A stretch of DNA of 64,000 nucleotides from Takakia lepidozioides (taxonomy: Eukaryota; Plantae; Bryophyta), in assembly GCA_030704615.1 (NCBI GenBank), contig CM060733.1:12958001-13022000 (forward strand). The letters are read 5' to 3'. Position numbers and translations under genes: made by a program. Position 1 is the first letter of the stretch, and every line of letters begins with the position of its first letter. The notes below the pieces were generated by a model. The model did no database searches. It was not told the DNA's origin and was given only the letters and a program-made list of their open reading frames with translations. Of this stretch, positions 11,495 through 23,668 are shown one piece after another.

Positions 11495-13483
11495 TTGTTC
11501 GTGTTTGGACTCGTTGCTTCCTGTTGTATGGTAAGAAACACTGTTAATACTTGGCTGAGGTCTAGGAGGCAACGTGTTGCGATGGATGCTCCCGATCTAG
11601 CCATAACGGAATCAGCCCCTGTCGAGGTCAGAGAGTCGGGTCTTCCATCACCTACAGGTAATTTGAGTGACAATCCGCGAATGCAACATGGGATGGTAAG
11701 TCTAGATGAGGGATCGCCTCTACCAGAGGCCAGTCTCTATACTGATTTGTCTTGTGAAGATGGTATTGTTTCCCAAGAATTAGATGATGTTCAGGTGACG
11801 CCCGCTGGTCTCACAAAGATAGTGCAATTTGAAGTTCCAGGGGTCACTATGTCGCCTGGCAATGGGCATGTGGTGCCAAGTGTAGCTGGTACTGGTAATT
11901 TTGTCACTAACGAGGGCCTGTCCGCAGCTGCTAATCAGCTAGCCTCTACTCGACATATGGCCATGATGTCTGGTCTGTCTCAAGTTACAGGAGCCAGTCC
12001 TTTGGGTGGTATTTCCAGGCATGCCATCCATCCCCCTTCTTTAGACCCGATTGCTAGTGGTGTATGCAATGCAAATGTGCAAGTCTCAGTGGGAAGGGCT
12101 AATGTGAGCGGTATGCCAGCCCCGTCAAATGCTCGTGTCAACGTAGCAACTGCTGCTGGTTTATCTGTTTCTATGGTGCATGTTCCTAATCCCGCTCTTG
12201 GGGGAGGAATTGGTGTGTCTGTGACTTCTGGATTGCCTGTTGGCATGAATACTGCTTGTTCTAGCTCTAGTGTAGGCGGTCAGTCAGTCCAGCAATTGGG
12301 AAGGCCACCCATTCCCACCATGAGTGGAGTGGCTCCAAACCAAGCAGCCATGGTCAGTCAAGCTGTTCAGTCAAGGCTTGTGTTTCATGCACCCCGAGTG
12401 GGCGTGACAACATTACCACCTAGCCTGCCATCTTTGTCATTTCAAGGTCCCTCTAATGTCATGAGTAACAACCATGTCCCGGTTACTAGTGGGGTCCATG
12501 CTATGAATATAACCACCAATCAGACTCAGGCTATTGCCCATTGTTGCCCGGCCCATGGATCTGCTCAGCCTGGTCACATGAATCATAGTCTGCCCTGTCA
12601 TTTGCTTCCTCAGCTCACTACCCAGCCCTATCCAGAATACACAATGGGAGAAGACTTTGATAGATATCTCCAGATGTTTGAAGTGATTGCCTGAGAATTT
12701 TAAAATGGCAATTTTTAGAATGAGCATGACTTGTTGCATGCAGCTGTCATGGATGACCCCCATCTCACTTGGGCATCCCTTGTGGAATGGGCTAAAACCC
12801 TGTTCAAACCACCTAAAAGACCCTTGGACTGCTTCACCAAGGTGAGCTCCGGGACTTACCAGCCAGGAGAGTCCTTGTGGAAGTATTACATGGATCTAAA
12901 ATTTGTTGCTGCAGAAAATATCATTGATCTAGCAGAACGTGATCGTATGGTGAAGACCTACTTTCTCCTTGGCTTGCCCCATGGTATTCAAAATTGGGCC
13001 CAACGTCGTCATTTTGTCAATGACAAAACTATGCTAGCTAAAATTAATCTTAAGATGGCAGACTTAGCTGACAGCAAATCAATGCAAACTCGTGTCAAGT
13101 TTCAACCTCCAGTGGGCTCCGAGCTTGGCATGGCTGCAACATCTTCACCTTATGTCCCGCCTGCTATGCAATATAAGTCAGATAATTTCACTCTTCAAGG
13201 GCTGGCCAACACAGTGGGTAGTCTAAGTGAGTCAGTTGCCACTCAGTTCGCTGCCATGCAAGCTCATCAGCAACGGTGGCAGCCTAGACAGCCACAAGCA
13301 CAGACAGGTGGTAGCAACAGAGGTCGTACCCAAACTGGTCAGGCCTATGAAGGCAACCGAGCCGCATGCTACATATGTGGGTCTTCTGAACATTGGACCA
13401 AGCACTGCCCTGATAGAGCAGGCCTACCAGAGCTACTTAAAAACAAAAAGGCTGTCAGTGGTTCCAACCCTCCTTTAAACTAG
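11495..13483 (+). pseudogene. gag: Gag with long low-complexity N-terminus, capsid-like region and CCHC zinc knuckle
   Basis: ORFs 11495-12694 and 12731-13483 share a frame and are split by in-frame stops. Knuckle CYICGSSEHWTKHC. Confidence 0.85.
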
Positions 13484-13533
13484 ACAGACCTCTTGGGAAG
13501 GGGGCAAGAGGTCCACCAGTCACCAACCCTTCC
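13474..13533 (+). promoter_or_regulatory. -1 programmed ribosomal frameshift signal (slippery heptamer plus H-type pseudoknot)
   Basis: T TTA AAC (13474-13480) precedes the gag TAG. Stem GACCTCTTG/CAAGAGGTC (13487-95/13505-13). Loop GGAAGGG is complementary to CCCTTCC (13527-33). The -1 frame is open into the protease. Confidence 0.85.
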
Positions 13534-14157
13534 TCTCTCATTCATTTGCAAGTTGTGTTGTCTACTAATTTCAAAGCTTTGCATTGTCCTCTAAGCAGGC
13601 AGACCTCAGGACAACAGATCAGCCCTCTTATGGCCCAATGCCATATTCACGAGTTGAGTTTCCCTTGTGTAATCGACACGGGTTGCACCATATTTGCTAT
13701 GCCTCTAAATATTGTGAGAGTTCTTGGTCTTAAGTTATGCCTTGCCTCTGGTGTTGAAGTACTGATTGCGGATGAGTCCAGATATGAGCCTCTAGGTTTG
13801 GTCACTGTGCCTATCAGGATTCACAAGAAGGAGATCGTGGATACATGTATAGTCACAATAGGCGATCAATTCTTGTTAGGCCTTGATTGGATGACTGGAG
13901 CTGGTGCAACCATCAGTCTGGCCGATTATTCCCTCCGATTTAACATTGAAGAGGGCCATGAGGTCGTTGTTCCATTAAAGGCTGTGAAACTTAGAGCTGG
14001 ATCTGCCACAGTCAATCTATCCAGAGTTCAGGCAATGGTGAAAGAGGTACAACATAACTCTCACTCCAGCCTCAATTGGAATGATTTTTACAAACTTCAG
14101 CCTGATCTACAACTCTTATATTAATGGCATGTTTCTAGTGTTGATGGTAGAACAAAG

Positions 14158-14445
14158 ATGCCTATAGCTATCCCAAAAAATTCTACTCTGATTCGTGCAC
14201 CCATGAACGTCACCATCCCTGCTATGACCCAGAAAGTGATCAAGTCTGGTCTGGCCTTTTTATGCCCAACTGCTCATTTCCTGGAAGTAGAAGGTTGGCG
14301 GAGATTCACTGCTCTCAAGCATTGTTTGGTGGCTACTGGGGTTATAGATAGATGATATAGGTAGGAGGTCAAAGTGTTAATTGCTAATCCGGAGTCCTTT
14401 CCTATGACCATTAAGAAAGGGCAGGTCCTGGCTCGTATCACTGCC
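14158..14445 (+). pseudogene. dUTPase-like domain inside pol
   Basis: In-frame read-through gives VTIPA...VIKSGLAF...VATGVIDR*YR*EVKVLIANPESFPMTIKKGQVLARI, resembling trimeric dUTPase motifs 3-4 (GVIDxDYRGEIKV..N...I.KGDRIAQ). Confidence 0.75.
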
Positions 14446-17400
14446 CTGCCCATTGCTGAAATCCAAGAAGTACAAGTTGGCTTTGGGCTGGAGGCCATTG
14501 GCATTCAACACGGCCCTGTGGATGCTATTGCTGCCTTTGCTGCTCTAGCACCACCGCCTCTCCCTGATCTCAGTCCTGAAGGTAAGAAGGCTCTTACCAA
14601 AGTGTTGTCTGAACTTACATTAGGAAGTACCCTCTCCCCTGGCGAAAAGAAAAGAGTAGAAATTCTTGTTGCAAAAAATCTCGATATTTTCATCTTGGGA
14701 TCTACTGATCTGGGGCGTACTCCCATCCTTCAACATGACATTGTCACTGAGGGACCTCCTATTAAACAATTTGCATACCGAGAAAGTATTAAAGAACGTG
14801 CCATAGTCCAGGAAGAAGTCCAGAAGATGCTAGATGCTGGTGTAATTAAGCCATCAATCTCTCCTTGGGCCAGTCCCATTGTCCTGGTTGGTAAGAAAGA
14901 TGGCACTACTCGCTTTTGTGTTGACTTCAGGAAATTGAATGACATCACTAAGAAGGATGCCTACCCTCTACCCAGGATCAATGAAACCTTAGATCAACTG
15001 CATGGTGCTACGGTTTTCTCCTCTCTTGATCTTGCATCTGGTTTTTGGCAAGTTCCTCTTACTGAAGCAGCCAAAGAAAATACTTCCTTTGTGTGTCGCA
15101 TGGGCAAGTACCAATACGAAACCATGCCCTTTGGCTTGTGCAATGCTACCTCTACTTTCCAACGCCTCATGGACATTGTCTTAGGTAATCTTCGCTGGGA
15201 ATGTGCCTTGATTTATGTTGATGATATCAATGTATACTCAGCCAACTTTGATGCCCACTTGACTGATCTGCAGCATGTTTTCAGCAAATTACGAACTGCA
15301 GGACTCAAGGTTAAACCCAAAAAGTGTGAGTTGTTTATGCCTGAGTTACACTTTCTTGGGCATATTCTCTCCAAGGATGGTTTGCTTCCTGATCCTGCCA
15401 AGCTTGAGTCTGTTTGGGGCTTTCCGATTCCCAGGGACAAACATTGCATCAAATCCTTCCTTGGTCTGGCCTCCTATTACAGGCGCTTCATAAAGAACTT
15501 TGCACAACTTTCTCACCCTCTGACCAAGGTATTGTGCAAGGATGCCAGGTTTGAATGGAGCTTCTCCCAGCAAGCAGCCTTTGACACTCTTCGCAAAGCC
15601 TTATGTTCAGCTCCCATCCTGATGTTTCCCAACTTTGAATTACCTTTTCTGCTTCAGACTGATGCATCCGATGTTGTTATTTCTGCCATCTTATGTCAAA
15701 TAGTAGAAGGTAAAGAGCATGTGATAGCTTATGCATCTCGCCGCCTAGATCGTCATGAAAGGAATTATTCCATATCTGATAAGGATGGTCTGGCCCTGGT
15801 CTTTGGTGTGAAGCATTTTAGGCAATATTTACATGGCAGCCGGTTTGTGGTGGAGACTGATCACCTTCCACTCAAGGCTCTTGTCAAGCCCAGGGAACTT
15901 CATGGCAGACTTGCTAGATGGGCTATGTTCCTACGAGAATTTAACATGGATATCGTCTATAAGAAAGCAAAGGAAAACACAAATGCTGATGCACTCACGC
16001 GGGTTGATCCTCCTGTCAGCAGGCCTATGCTTACCTTGGATGACCTTGTTGCTGCTGATGCAGCCCCTCCTCCTGATCCAGCTCCGCTTCTCAACCTCCT
16101 TTGTGCAGATCAGCACCCCTTGACCTTAGATTCGGATGGCATATTGGTTGTTTGGGGCTGGTCTAGCCTTCTTGATGATCTTGGTTGATTTATTCATGTG
16201 TTAGCATGTGTGGTGGATTTTATCGCTTAGGGAGAATTTGGATGGTTTGGTGGAAGTTCCTCGTTTTTGTTCCAGCTCTTCTCTTTCCTTGGCCCCGAAT
16301 TTGTTGTGATTCGGCTGCTGCACTCCGGTGTGACTATTGGCTTGAACTTCAAGGCCTGATTTGGCTGTCCATGAGTAGTAACAAATGAGGTGAAGATCTC
16401 CCTGGCTGGAGATCATAGGTGCAGGCACTCCAGACCACCTTCTCTAAAGCTCATTGTCTACCTCTTATGTGCAGTGCAGTCATGGATGATCAGCTACATG
16501 TTGCGCTACTCCAGCGATGCCAATCAGGGCGTTCGCCAGCTGGTCTTTCGTCCTTACGCAAGTAAATTCTTTATCATGTGTCTACTCACCGCTTCATGGG
16601 TGATAAGCTTTTCAAAAAGCTCACTAGAGGGGGAGTGTCATGCTATTTGGAGGTGCCACCACGGAGCCAGCTGAATGCTTTATTGGAGCGTTTTCATTGT
16701 TCCTTGTATGCAGGTCACCTTGGTATCAAGAAGACCGTGGCGGCCCGCATCCAAGAGGTTACTATTGGCTGGGAATTCACCGAGATGTCACGGAGTTCAT
16801 CTCTAAGTGTGAAGGTTTTCGTGCTAACATTGCTCTCCCTAGGGCCCGGATCTTATATGAGCTACAGCCTTTGCCTGTTACATATGCTTTTGCTCATGCT
16901 GGCATTGATTTGGTAGGACCCCTCGCACTCACATCAAAGGGTCGAAGCTATCTTTGTGTAGCTACCGACTACTTGACTAAGTGGGTAGAAGTCAGGCCTT
17001 TGCGTACCAAGACTAGTGATGTTATAGCTCAGTTCTTCTTCAATGAGATCCTTATGCGGCATGGGTGTCCTCGAGAGATACTAACGGATCAGGGCAAGGA
17101 GTTTTGTAACCAGCTCCTCACGGTGGTGTGCTTCAACTTTGGTGTCAAGCATTCCACCACAGCCCCATACCATCCCCAGACCAATGGCCTTACGGAACGC
17201 TTCAACCAAACTCTTTGCCACATGTTGGAGAAGAATGGCGCACTTACCAGGGAGTGGGATACCTTTCTTCCCCTTATTCTCTTTACTTATCGCACTGCCG
17301 TGCATGCTAGCACTAAGAAGACTCATTTTGAATTGTTGTATGGTCGCAAGTGTGTTTCTCCTTTGCATTCTACCCCTCTTATTTCTACTGTAGCTGAGCC

Positions 17401-18080
17401 AGTTGATCTTGAGACTTTTGTTGAGGATCTTCATGCTCGGCATGTGGTATCCATCCATGATGCCAAGACCAACATTGGTAAGGCTCAACTCACCCAAGCC
17501 CGTAATTTTAACAAACGTGTCAAGTATTCTAATTTTTTTCAGGTGGGCAAACCGTGTGCATTCGGCTGCAGCATGGTAAGCATGCATGCAAATCTAAGCT
17601 TAAGATCGACGGTCCATACTTTATCTATGAGCTCTTACGTGGGCGACGTGCTCTCCTTCTTCCACAGGGCTTCAATGTCCACGTGCATGATGAACCTGTT
17701 TCTCTCATGGATCTGGTGCATTCCGAGCTGGACTTTGATCTCACGTGCATCAATGTGGAGGGACGTACGGTGGGATGATGTCTTGATCTTCTTCAGATTG
17801 GTTTCTTAGGCGGATTAGTGTTAGCTTGCGGATTTGGCACTTTGCGACTTTTCGGCCTTTCTAGTCTTTTTCTAGCTCTTGATGCATTTGTAGACCTATG
17901 ATATGTCACCACGTGTACTCCCTGCACGGTTTTCCTAGCCAAAGGTTTTGTCCTCGGCCCAATTTGCAGGTGTCAGGTTTTCCTTTGGTAGGTTTTTCAC
18001 CCAGCAGTGGAGGGTGATTTTATCCCACACATTTATTATTATTTCTTATATTGTGCTTCGCGGAGCTCAGGATTTTTCGT

Positions 18081-18087
18081 GGGGGGT
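18081..18087 (+). promoter_or_regulatory. Polypurine tract
   Basis: GGGGGG(T) lies immediately before AGGCTTCACAGATGTGATG. Confidence 0.6.
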
Positions 18088-18567
18088 AGGCTTCACAGAT
18101 GTGATGCCCCAAACTTTCCTCATCACAGGTTTATCTTATTCATCCAAAGCGGCGATACTCATTCGTAGTATAAATTTTTGGCTTAAAATACCGTTGAACC
18201 GTTACAAAGATATCATAGCCAGGGTTAGTTATGGCTTGTGGCTGCATCGTAGCCGTTCAACAGATCTAGGATTTTGATGTGGCGCCGCGAGCTCAACCTG
18301 ACACGCCTCGCCACGCGTCAGGAAGGCATGCAGCTAGGGTTTGTATAAAGTGGCGGCCTGACCTTGTGTCAGGCAGCTGATGTACTCTGGTGTATGTAGA
18401 TGTGGAAAGCTGTCTGAATGCGATACGTGTGTATGATTTTTTGTCAGTTCGCTCGTTGAGATCCTCCTCTCGCGTGCATGCACGCTCCTCTTGTTCTCCC
18501 CCCGTTGTTTTGAAGAGCACTTGAGAGGATAGGCAGATATTCGTCCTTATTCTTTTAAGGCTTCACA
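18088..18567 (+). repeat. 3' LTR with AGGCTTCACA at both ends
   Basis: AGGCTTCACA 18088-97, GA, LTR core 18100-18557, AGGCTTCACA 18558-67. Confidence 0.93.
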
Positions 18568-19799
18568 AAGTCACCTGTTAACGTGATCCATTAAACAAAA
18601 AAATCCTCAAAATGGCATATACCCCGGAAAAGCAGCTGTTAACATTGATGGAACAACCTATAACATGTATATTGATGGTTAGCAATACCTTTACATTAAG
18701 TTTCAATGAACTTACATCACTAATTGATGATCATTGACATATCTTAAGAGAACCAACTACAATTAGTTTTAGACGAGATTTTGCTCATCGGCAATCAAAT
18801 GCAAGTTACTTTCATTGGTAGAAGATTAAAGTCTAATATCAAATGTTTTATAATAATTGTTTTGGGTAATTCATGACATTGCTTAAAAACAAATATCAAT
18901 TACCACCAATTTAAGATTTGTGGGTTTTTAAACAAAAAAAAACAAATGGATTCGACACGTTAAGAATAAGTTTTTGACAACATAAAACTAATGTGGCATC
19001 AACAAATTGAAAAAACATTTCAACAAGATCAACATATATATAGTCCGAGTATTCTCCCATTTGTTCTTTTAATTTTAAAAATAAATTTGTTCGAGCTCAC
19101 AACTAATACACATTTAAAAGAAACAGAATGTCAAATATATATTTCCAAAGCAACTAATTGTAAGACATGAAACTTGCCCAATTTATATCAAATTACCAAA
19201 TGATCCAAACAAAACAAATGATTTACATACAAAAATAAAATATAACATGTTAATCAAATTATGTGCCACTATATATATATAATGGTCTAGTAAATTGAAA
19301 ATATTTGAAACGTGTCAAAAATTCTAAAATATATTTAGAATTAATTTGGATATAATTTCAAGACAAATAAGAATTAAACAAGAAACAAGATTTGTCCATT
19401 CAAAGTTATATAATATGTGCCATGAAGTCTTGTTTTTGCTCGTGGACTTCAAAAAGAGCATATAGGAAAAAGCATGTACTAACTATAATGTTTTGATTCT
19501 TGAAGGAGGATTTGTGCTTTGTGATGGATAAGCTTCCAAGCTTATCCCAGTTTTGTTTTTGTGGGTCAGCATCAGCTCAAACGCCTTGCTGGATAATTCA
19601 TCATGCGGTTTGCAATGGCTTGGGGTAGCCAACCGTGGAGTACAACAAAAGATATAGTGTATTTAAACCTCGTGTCATTTCATTTCTTGAATCTTTTTTT
19701 CTCTCTTATTTCGTCTTTTTATTCACACTTGATATATTTCCTTTTTGTGTCTTTTCGTTTTAGGAGATGTAGTGTAGTGTTCATCCTTGAAACTCGTGA

Positions 19800-21960
19800 G
19801 CATGAGGACCTGAGAGTACCCAATCATGTCCAGGGTTATCATGTGTTATCATGTTGAACATGTCTTGACGCAATCTACACCTTGACAGTTGGTACTCACC
19901 AAGAATTTATTTTTGGTCTCTGAAAACTTTTGTCATCAAAGTCCAAGCTAGGAGATTCATTTTGTGCACAGCTGAGTCCAGAATTTCTTCAACTAGTGAA
20001 CTATCAGTTCTTTTGACCATTCTTTTGACATTTCGAAATTTTTAAATTGAATTTTAGGCTATCTTTCATTGAAAGTTGTATGTACACTTTGAATACAGTC
20101 ATTTGTGCGTTTGGGTTGTGACATAACACTAATGTCAATTGGTGTATTTGGTTGTTTGTTTTTTTTAATTTCAGGATTAGAGAGAAACTTGAAACATCAT
20201 TTGGGTTCCATTCTCAGATCCAAACATGGACAAACAGTCTTTTCAGACAGGCTTGGTAAACATTATCGAGACTTCAAAGCTCTATGGCCCCAAATGGAGT
20301 GCATTCCGAAGGATGAAGATGGAGCTGATTTTCGTGCAATCATATTATTTTTGCCACAAGGTCCTGACAACCAGTTGGATTACTATATCCTTCAGCATAC
20401 ATGGCAATTCCATGATCCTTAGATTGAGTTCTAGGTAGATTTTTTAAAGCTTTGGGATTGTGTGTCACAAGAATAGTATTGAACATGTGGTTCATGCAGA
20501 TGTCTTATTAAAAACACGACTTGCAATTGATTTGTTTGAAAGATTTTCTGAGTGTTGTGCATTCTGACTTCAAGGCTCAAGTCAAAGGCATCTTGTTGTG
20601 TAATGATTTGGGCATTTGTCAAGTTGGGGCTGGATGATTTCATTTGCATAATGTGATTCAACGTGTACATTGGAATCCTATATGACATGATTTGACGATG
20701 TTCATCACTTTTCTGAATCTAATTGTTTCTAAGTCAATATCAGAAGAATTCACTAAAAGTCTGATTGAGATCAAGGTACCGCTCAATATTCTACCCATTT
20801 CCTTTTAACTGCTCAAAGTTCATGCACGTCACCAAAAGTTGTCGATGATAATTGCTGAATTGACTTGCTGACCATGGTAGGGCTCAAGATTCTAACATGT
20901 CATCAGTCATCTGGATAAATCCACTTTTTCTCTTCTCCAATATCGAAACCATAACCCGATGATATTTTTTCTTTCAGTTTTTGAAGCTCTTCATTGTTGA
21001 AATCTTGATATATGAGTGAATTTTCTCTTAAATAAGCTCTCATGACATCCACGAAGCCGTTCCCACCCAATGGTGAACACTCCTCATCAATAGTGATTAA
21101 GAGGGTTGCTAGATATGCAGCTACCAAAGCTTCATCATCCAAAAAACTCTTGATCTTGATCAATGGTAAGCTTATCGCATCTGTGGGTTGTCCCTGTCTC
21201 AGAGTAGGCGCGGTTCACTTTCCCAGTCAATTCTCATATCACCTCTTTTTCACGTTTGGCAGAAAACCACATATCCATCACTGCTCTCAAATTCCTTGTA
21301 TTCTGTGCACAATCCAAGTATTCTCTATCTCTTTCACTCACCATCCTCCCCTCAGATTTCAACCTCTCCCTATCCCTATCCACGGTAATCTTCAATCCAC
21401 TCTCAAGGTGCACAACCATGAATGCTGCCACCTTAGGATCATTGAGGAGTCCATCATCTGTGGGTGTAGTATCCGTGTACAGCTTCCGAACTCTGTCTCT
21501 TTCACTCACCATCCTAGATTTCAACCTCTCTATAACCCTATCCACGACAAATATTCAATCCACTCTCAAGGTGCATAGCCATGAATGCTGTCACCTTAGA
21601 ATCATTGAGGAGTCCATCATCTATGGGTATAGCATTCGTGTACAGCTTCCGAACACCGCTCTGGTGCTCTCCGAGTTTGGCATGCTTCTTGGCAACAAAA
21701 GAAATTTTGAATTAACTACCTGCAACAGCATGAAACTTTTTTGGTGTCCCTTTACTGACGATATCCACTATCGCTACAGATCGTTTCATCACATCAGCAA
21801 TAGCATCCAGCAATCCCACAATCCAGCCAAGCCTTGAGTTCTTCACAGGAGCAATAGTGCAGTAAACAATTAGGGTTACACTTGACGATCCAGCCAAAGC
21901 CCTGAGTTCTATACTCGAGGAATTGTAGAGAAAACAATTAGGTACATTGTCACTTAACAT
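19800..21960 (-). pseudogene. Degenerate coding region of unknown family
   Basis: Chain of minus-strand ORF fragments (21712-21960, 21234-21545, 20903-21163, 20431-20688) broken by TGA/TAG stops. No motif recognised. Confidence 0.35.
21325..21653. repeat. Tandem duplication, two units of about 165 bp
   Basis: TCTRTCTCTTTCACTCACCATCCT...GTACAGCTTCCGAAC at about 21325-21490 and 21491-21653. Confidence 0.85.
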
Positions 21961-23668
21961 TATATAGCAATTCTAACACATTATTACTCGTACACAATCC
22001 CCAATTCAACTTATAACCGCTCAAACAATATACTAAGCATAAAGAATAACAGTTGATAGATTAGTGTTCCTCGTGCCAACAGGGGTTTCAATTTTTTCCC
22101 CCACAATAATCTTAATAAATTAAACCCAGGGCCTCTGTCCCCGTTTCAAAGAAAGAAAGAAAAAATGATCCCACAAGTATTACAAAGACATGGTTTAACA
22201 CAACTCTAGAATCCATAAGAAAATAACATTTATTTTTTATGGAATCTACTTTAATAAAAAAAATCATGTAGATAAATTAGTTGTAAACAATTATGCGAAG
22301 ACCCTAAATAATGTGAAATATACCTTAACAATATCCCTTATGAAATAATTACGATTTTTTTAATCATATAATTTTAAACACTTGATATTGAAACGCTATA
22401 TAAATTCAGATCACAACCTTCAAGCATCTCTCGTATTTCGTCTCGATGAAACAAGTTACAAACATTCGTTCAGATTTATACACATTTATCCTTCACCAAT
22501 AACATTCAATTCTGATTTATTGTTTTTAATGACAATCATGACACAACAATTCTATATGATAGATTATGAAACTCATTTATAATATGGTGCTATATTCAAA
22601 TCAGCAATATTTAATGTTCATTTAAGAAAACAATTCAAGTCATCGCAATAAATCTCTTAAAATATCTATAGAATTATTTGTAATCCACATAGTAAATCAA
22701 TTGTTATCCAGCAGTATTTATTGGAGATTTCAACATAGACATGCTAGGAAATAATACTGAAACAACCAAAATTCCATGAATCATCACTAATTTCAATTAA
22801 CATTCTCAGAATGTTTAATTGTTTATCAATCTCATCTTCAAATAAATAACCAGGGCCTTCCCTGTTCCTAAAAAAAAAATACAAAAAAAAATACAAAATC
22901 TCACCTAGATCATATATTGGACAAATGGATAACACTTTCATGCAAATTTGGATCCAGTGCCTATTGGATAGATTATAAGCCAATTTATTTAGCATTCAAA
23001 ATTCCTAATATTGTAAGTCGTTTCATGTTCTATGATAACTCACACCATCCCAAAGGATCGGTACTATCTTCCGTCTGTGGATGGTGTGGATGGCGTTGGA
23101 ACATATAGTATAAGTATATTCACATAAACTGAAAGTTAGTGGTCCCTCTTGGAAAGGTAGGTACATTATAAAGCATATCAAGTCAAACCTCAACATACCA
23201 CAATAACAATATATATATAGTTTTTTATTAATTAATTTTTTTATAGAAACTAATATTTCAAAACAATTGTCGATTTGCTCTGGAGGAGTTAGTTCTTGGA
23301 TGGATGTAATTTTTTTCATCCATCCATGTTTGCGTGGATGAATGGGATCGAGTCTCTATCAAAATAGGTTGCATTGAAGGTACAACTTTACAATTGTTAG
23401 AGATATAGTTCTAATATGAGTGTGTGGTGTGCAGTGTTTTTCTTTCTAGCAAAAAATTGCTTGATTTCAGCTTGGAAAATGGGTCAGCTTATACTTAAAT
23501 ACAAAAAATTATGGAGGTAAGAATCAAAAAAATTGCTAGAAAGTGTCAGTAGAGTATCAGGAGATTCATTTTAGCTATGTGGACTGTTAATACGTAAAAT
23601 CTTGTTATTCTTGCACATGGCCGCTTGGTAGAACTTAACACTGGTGGTGTGGTATAGCATGTCATGTC

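Larger units (their letters stand above)
13474..17780 (+). pseudogene. pol: Pol: aspartic protease, dUTPase-like, RT, RNase H, integrase (inactivated)
   Basis: Protease VIDTG...LLGLDW. RT SPWASP, FCVDFRKLN, MPFGL, YVDD. RNase H LQTDAS, NADALTR. Integrase H..GHLG, GIDLVGP, LTDQG, NGLTERFN. Several in-frame stops, with frameshifts after 16188. Confidence 0.95.
10550..18567 (+). mobile_element. Full-length Ty3/Gypsy LTR retrotransposon (non-chromovirus) with permuted LTRs
   Basis: Direct repeats at 10550-11006 and 18100-18557, about 95% identical by eye. Outer termini TGTGATGCC...GGCTTCACA. PBS, PPT and gag-PR-RT-RH-INT order present. Confidence 0.97.

Noticed and set aside
14274-17587. Minus-strand ORFs over pol
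   Set aside because: Antisense shadows of the retrotransposon coding frame.
10550-18567. DIRS/Ngaro-type split-repeat element
   Set aside because: It encodes an aspartic protease and a DDE integrase, has a PBS and PPT, and shows no tyrosine recombinase motif.
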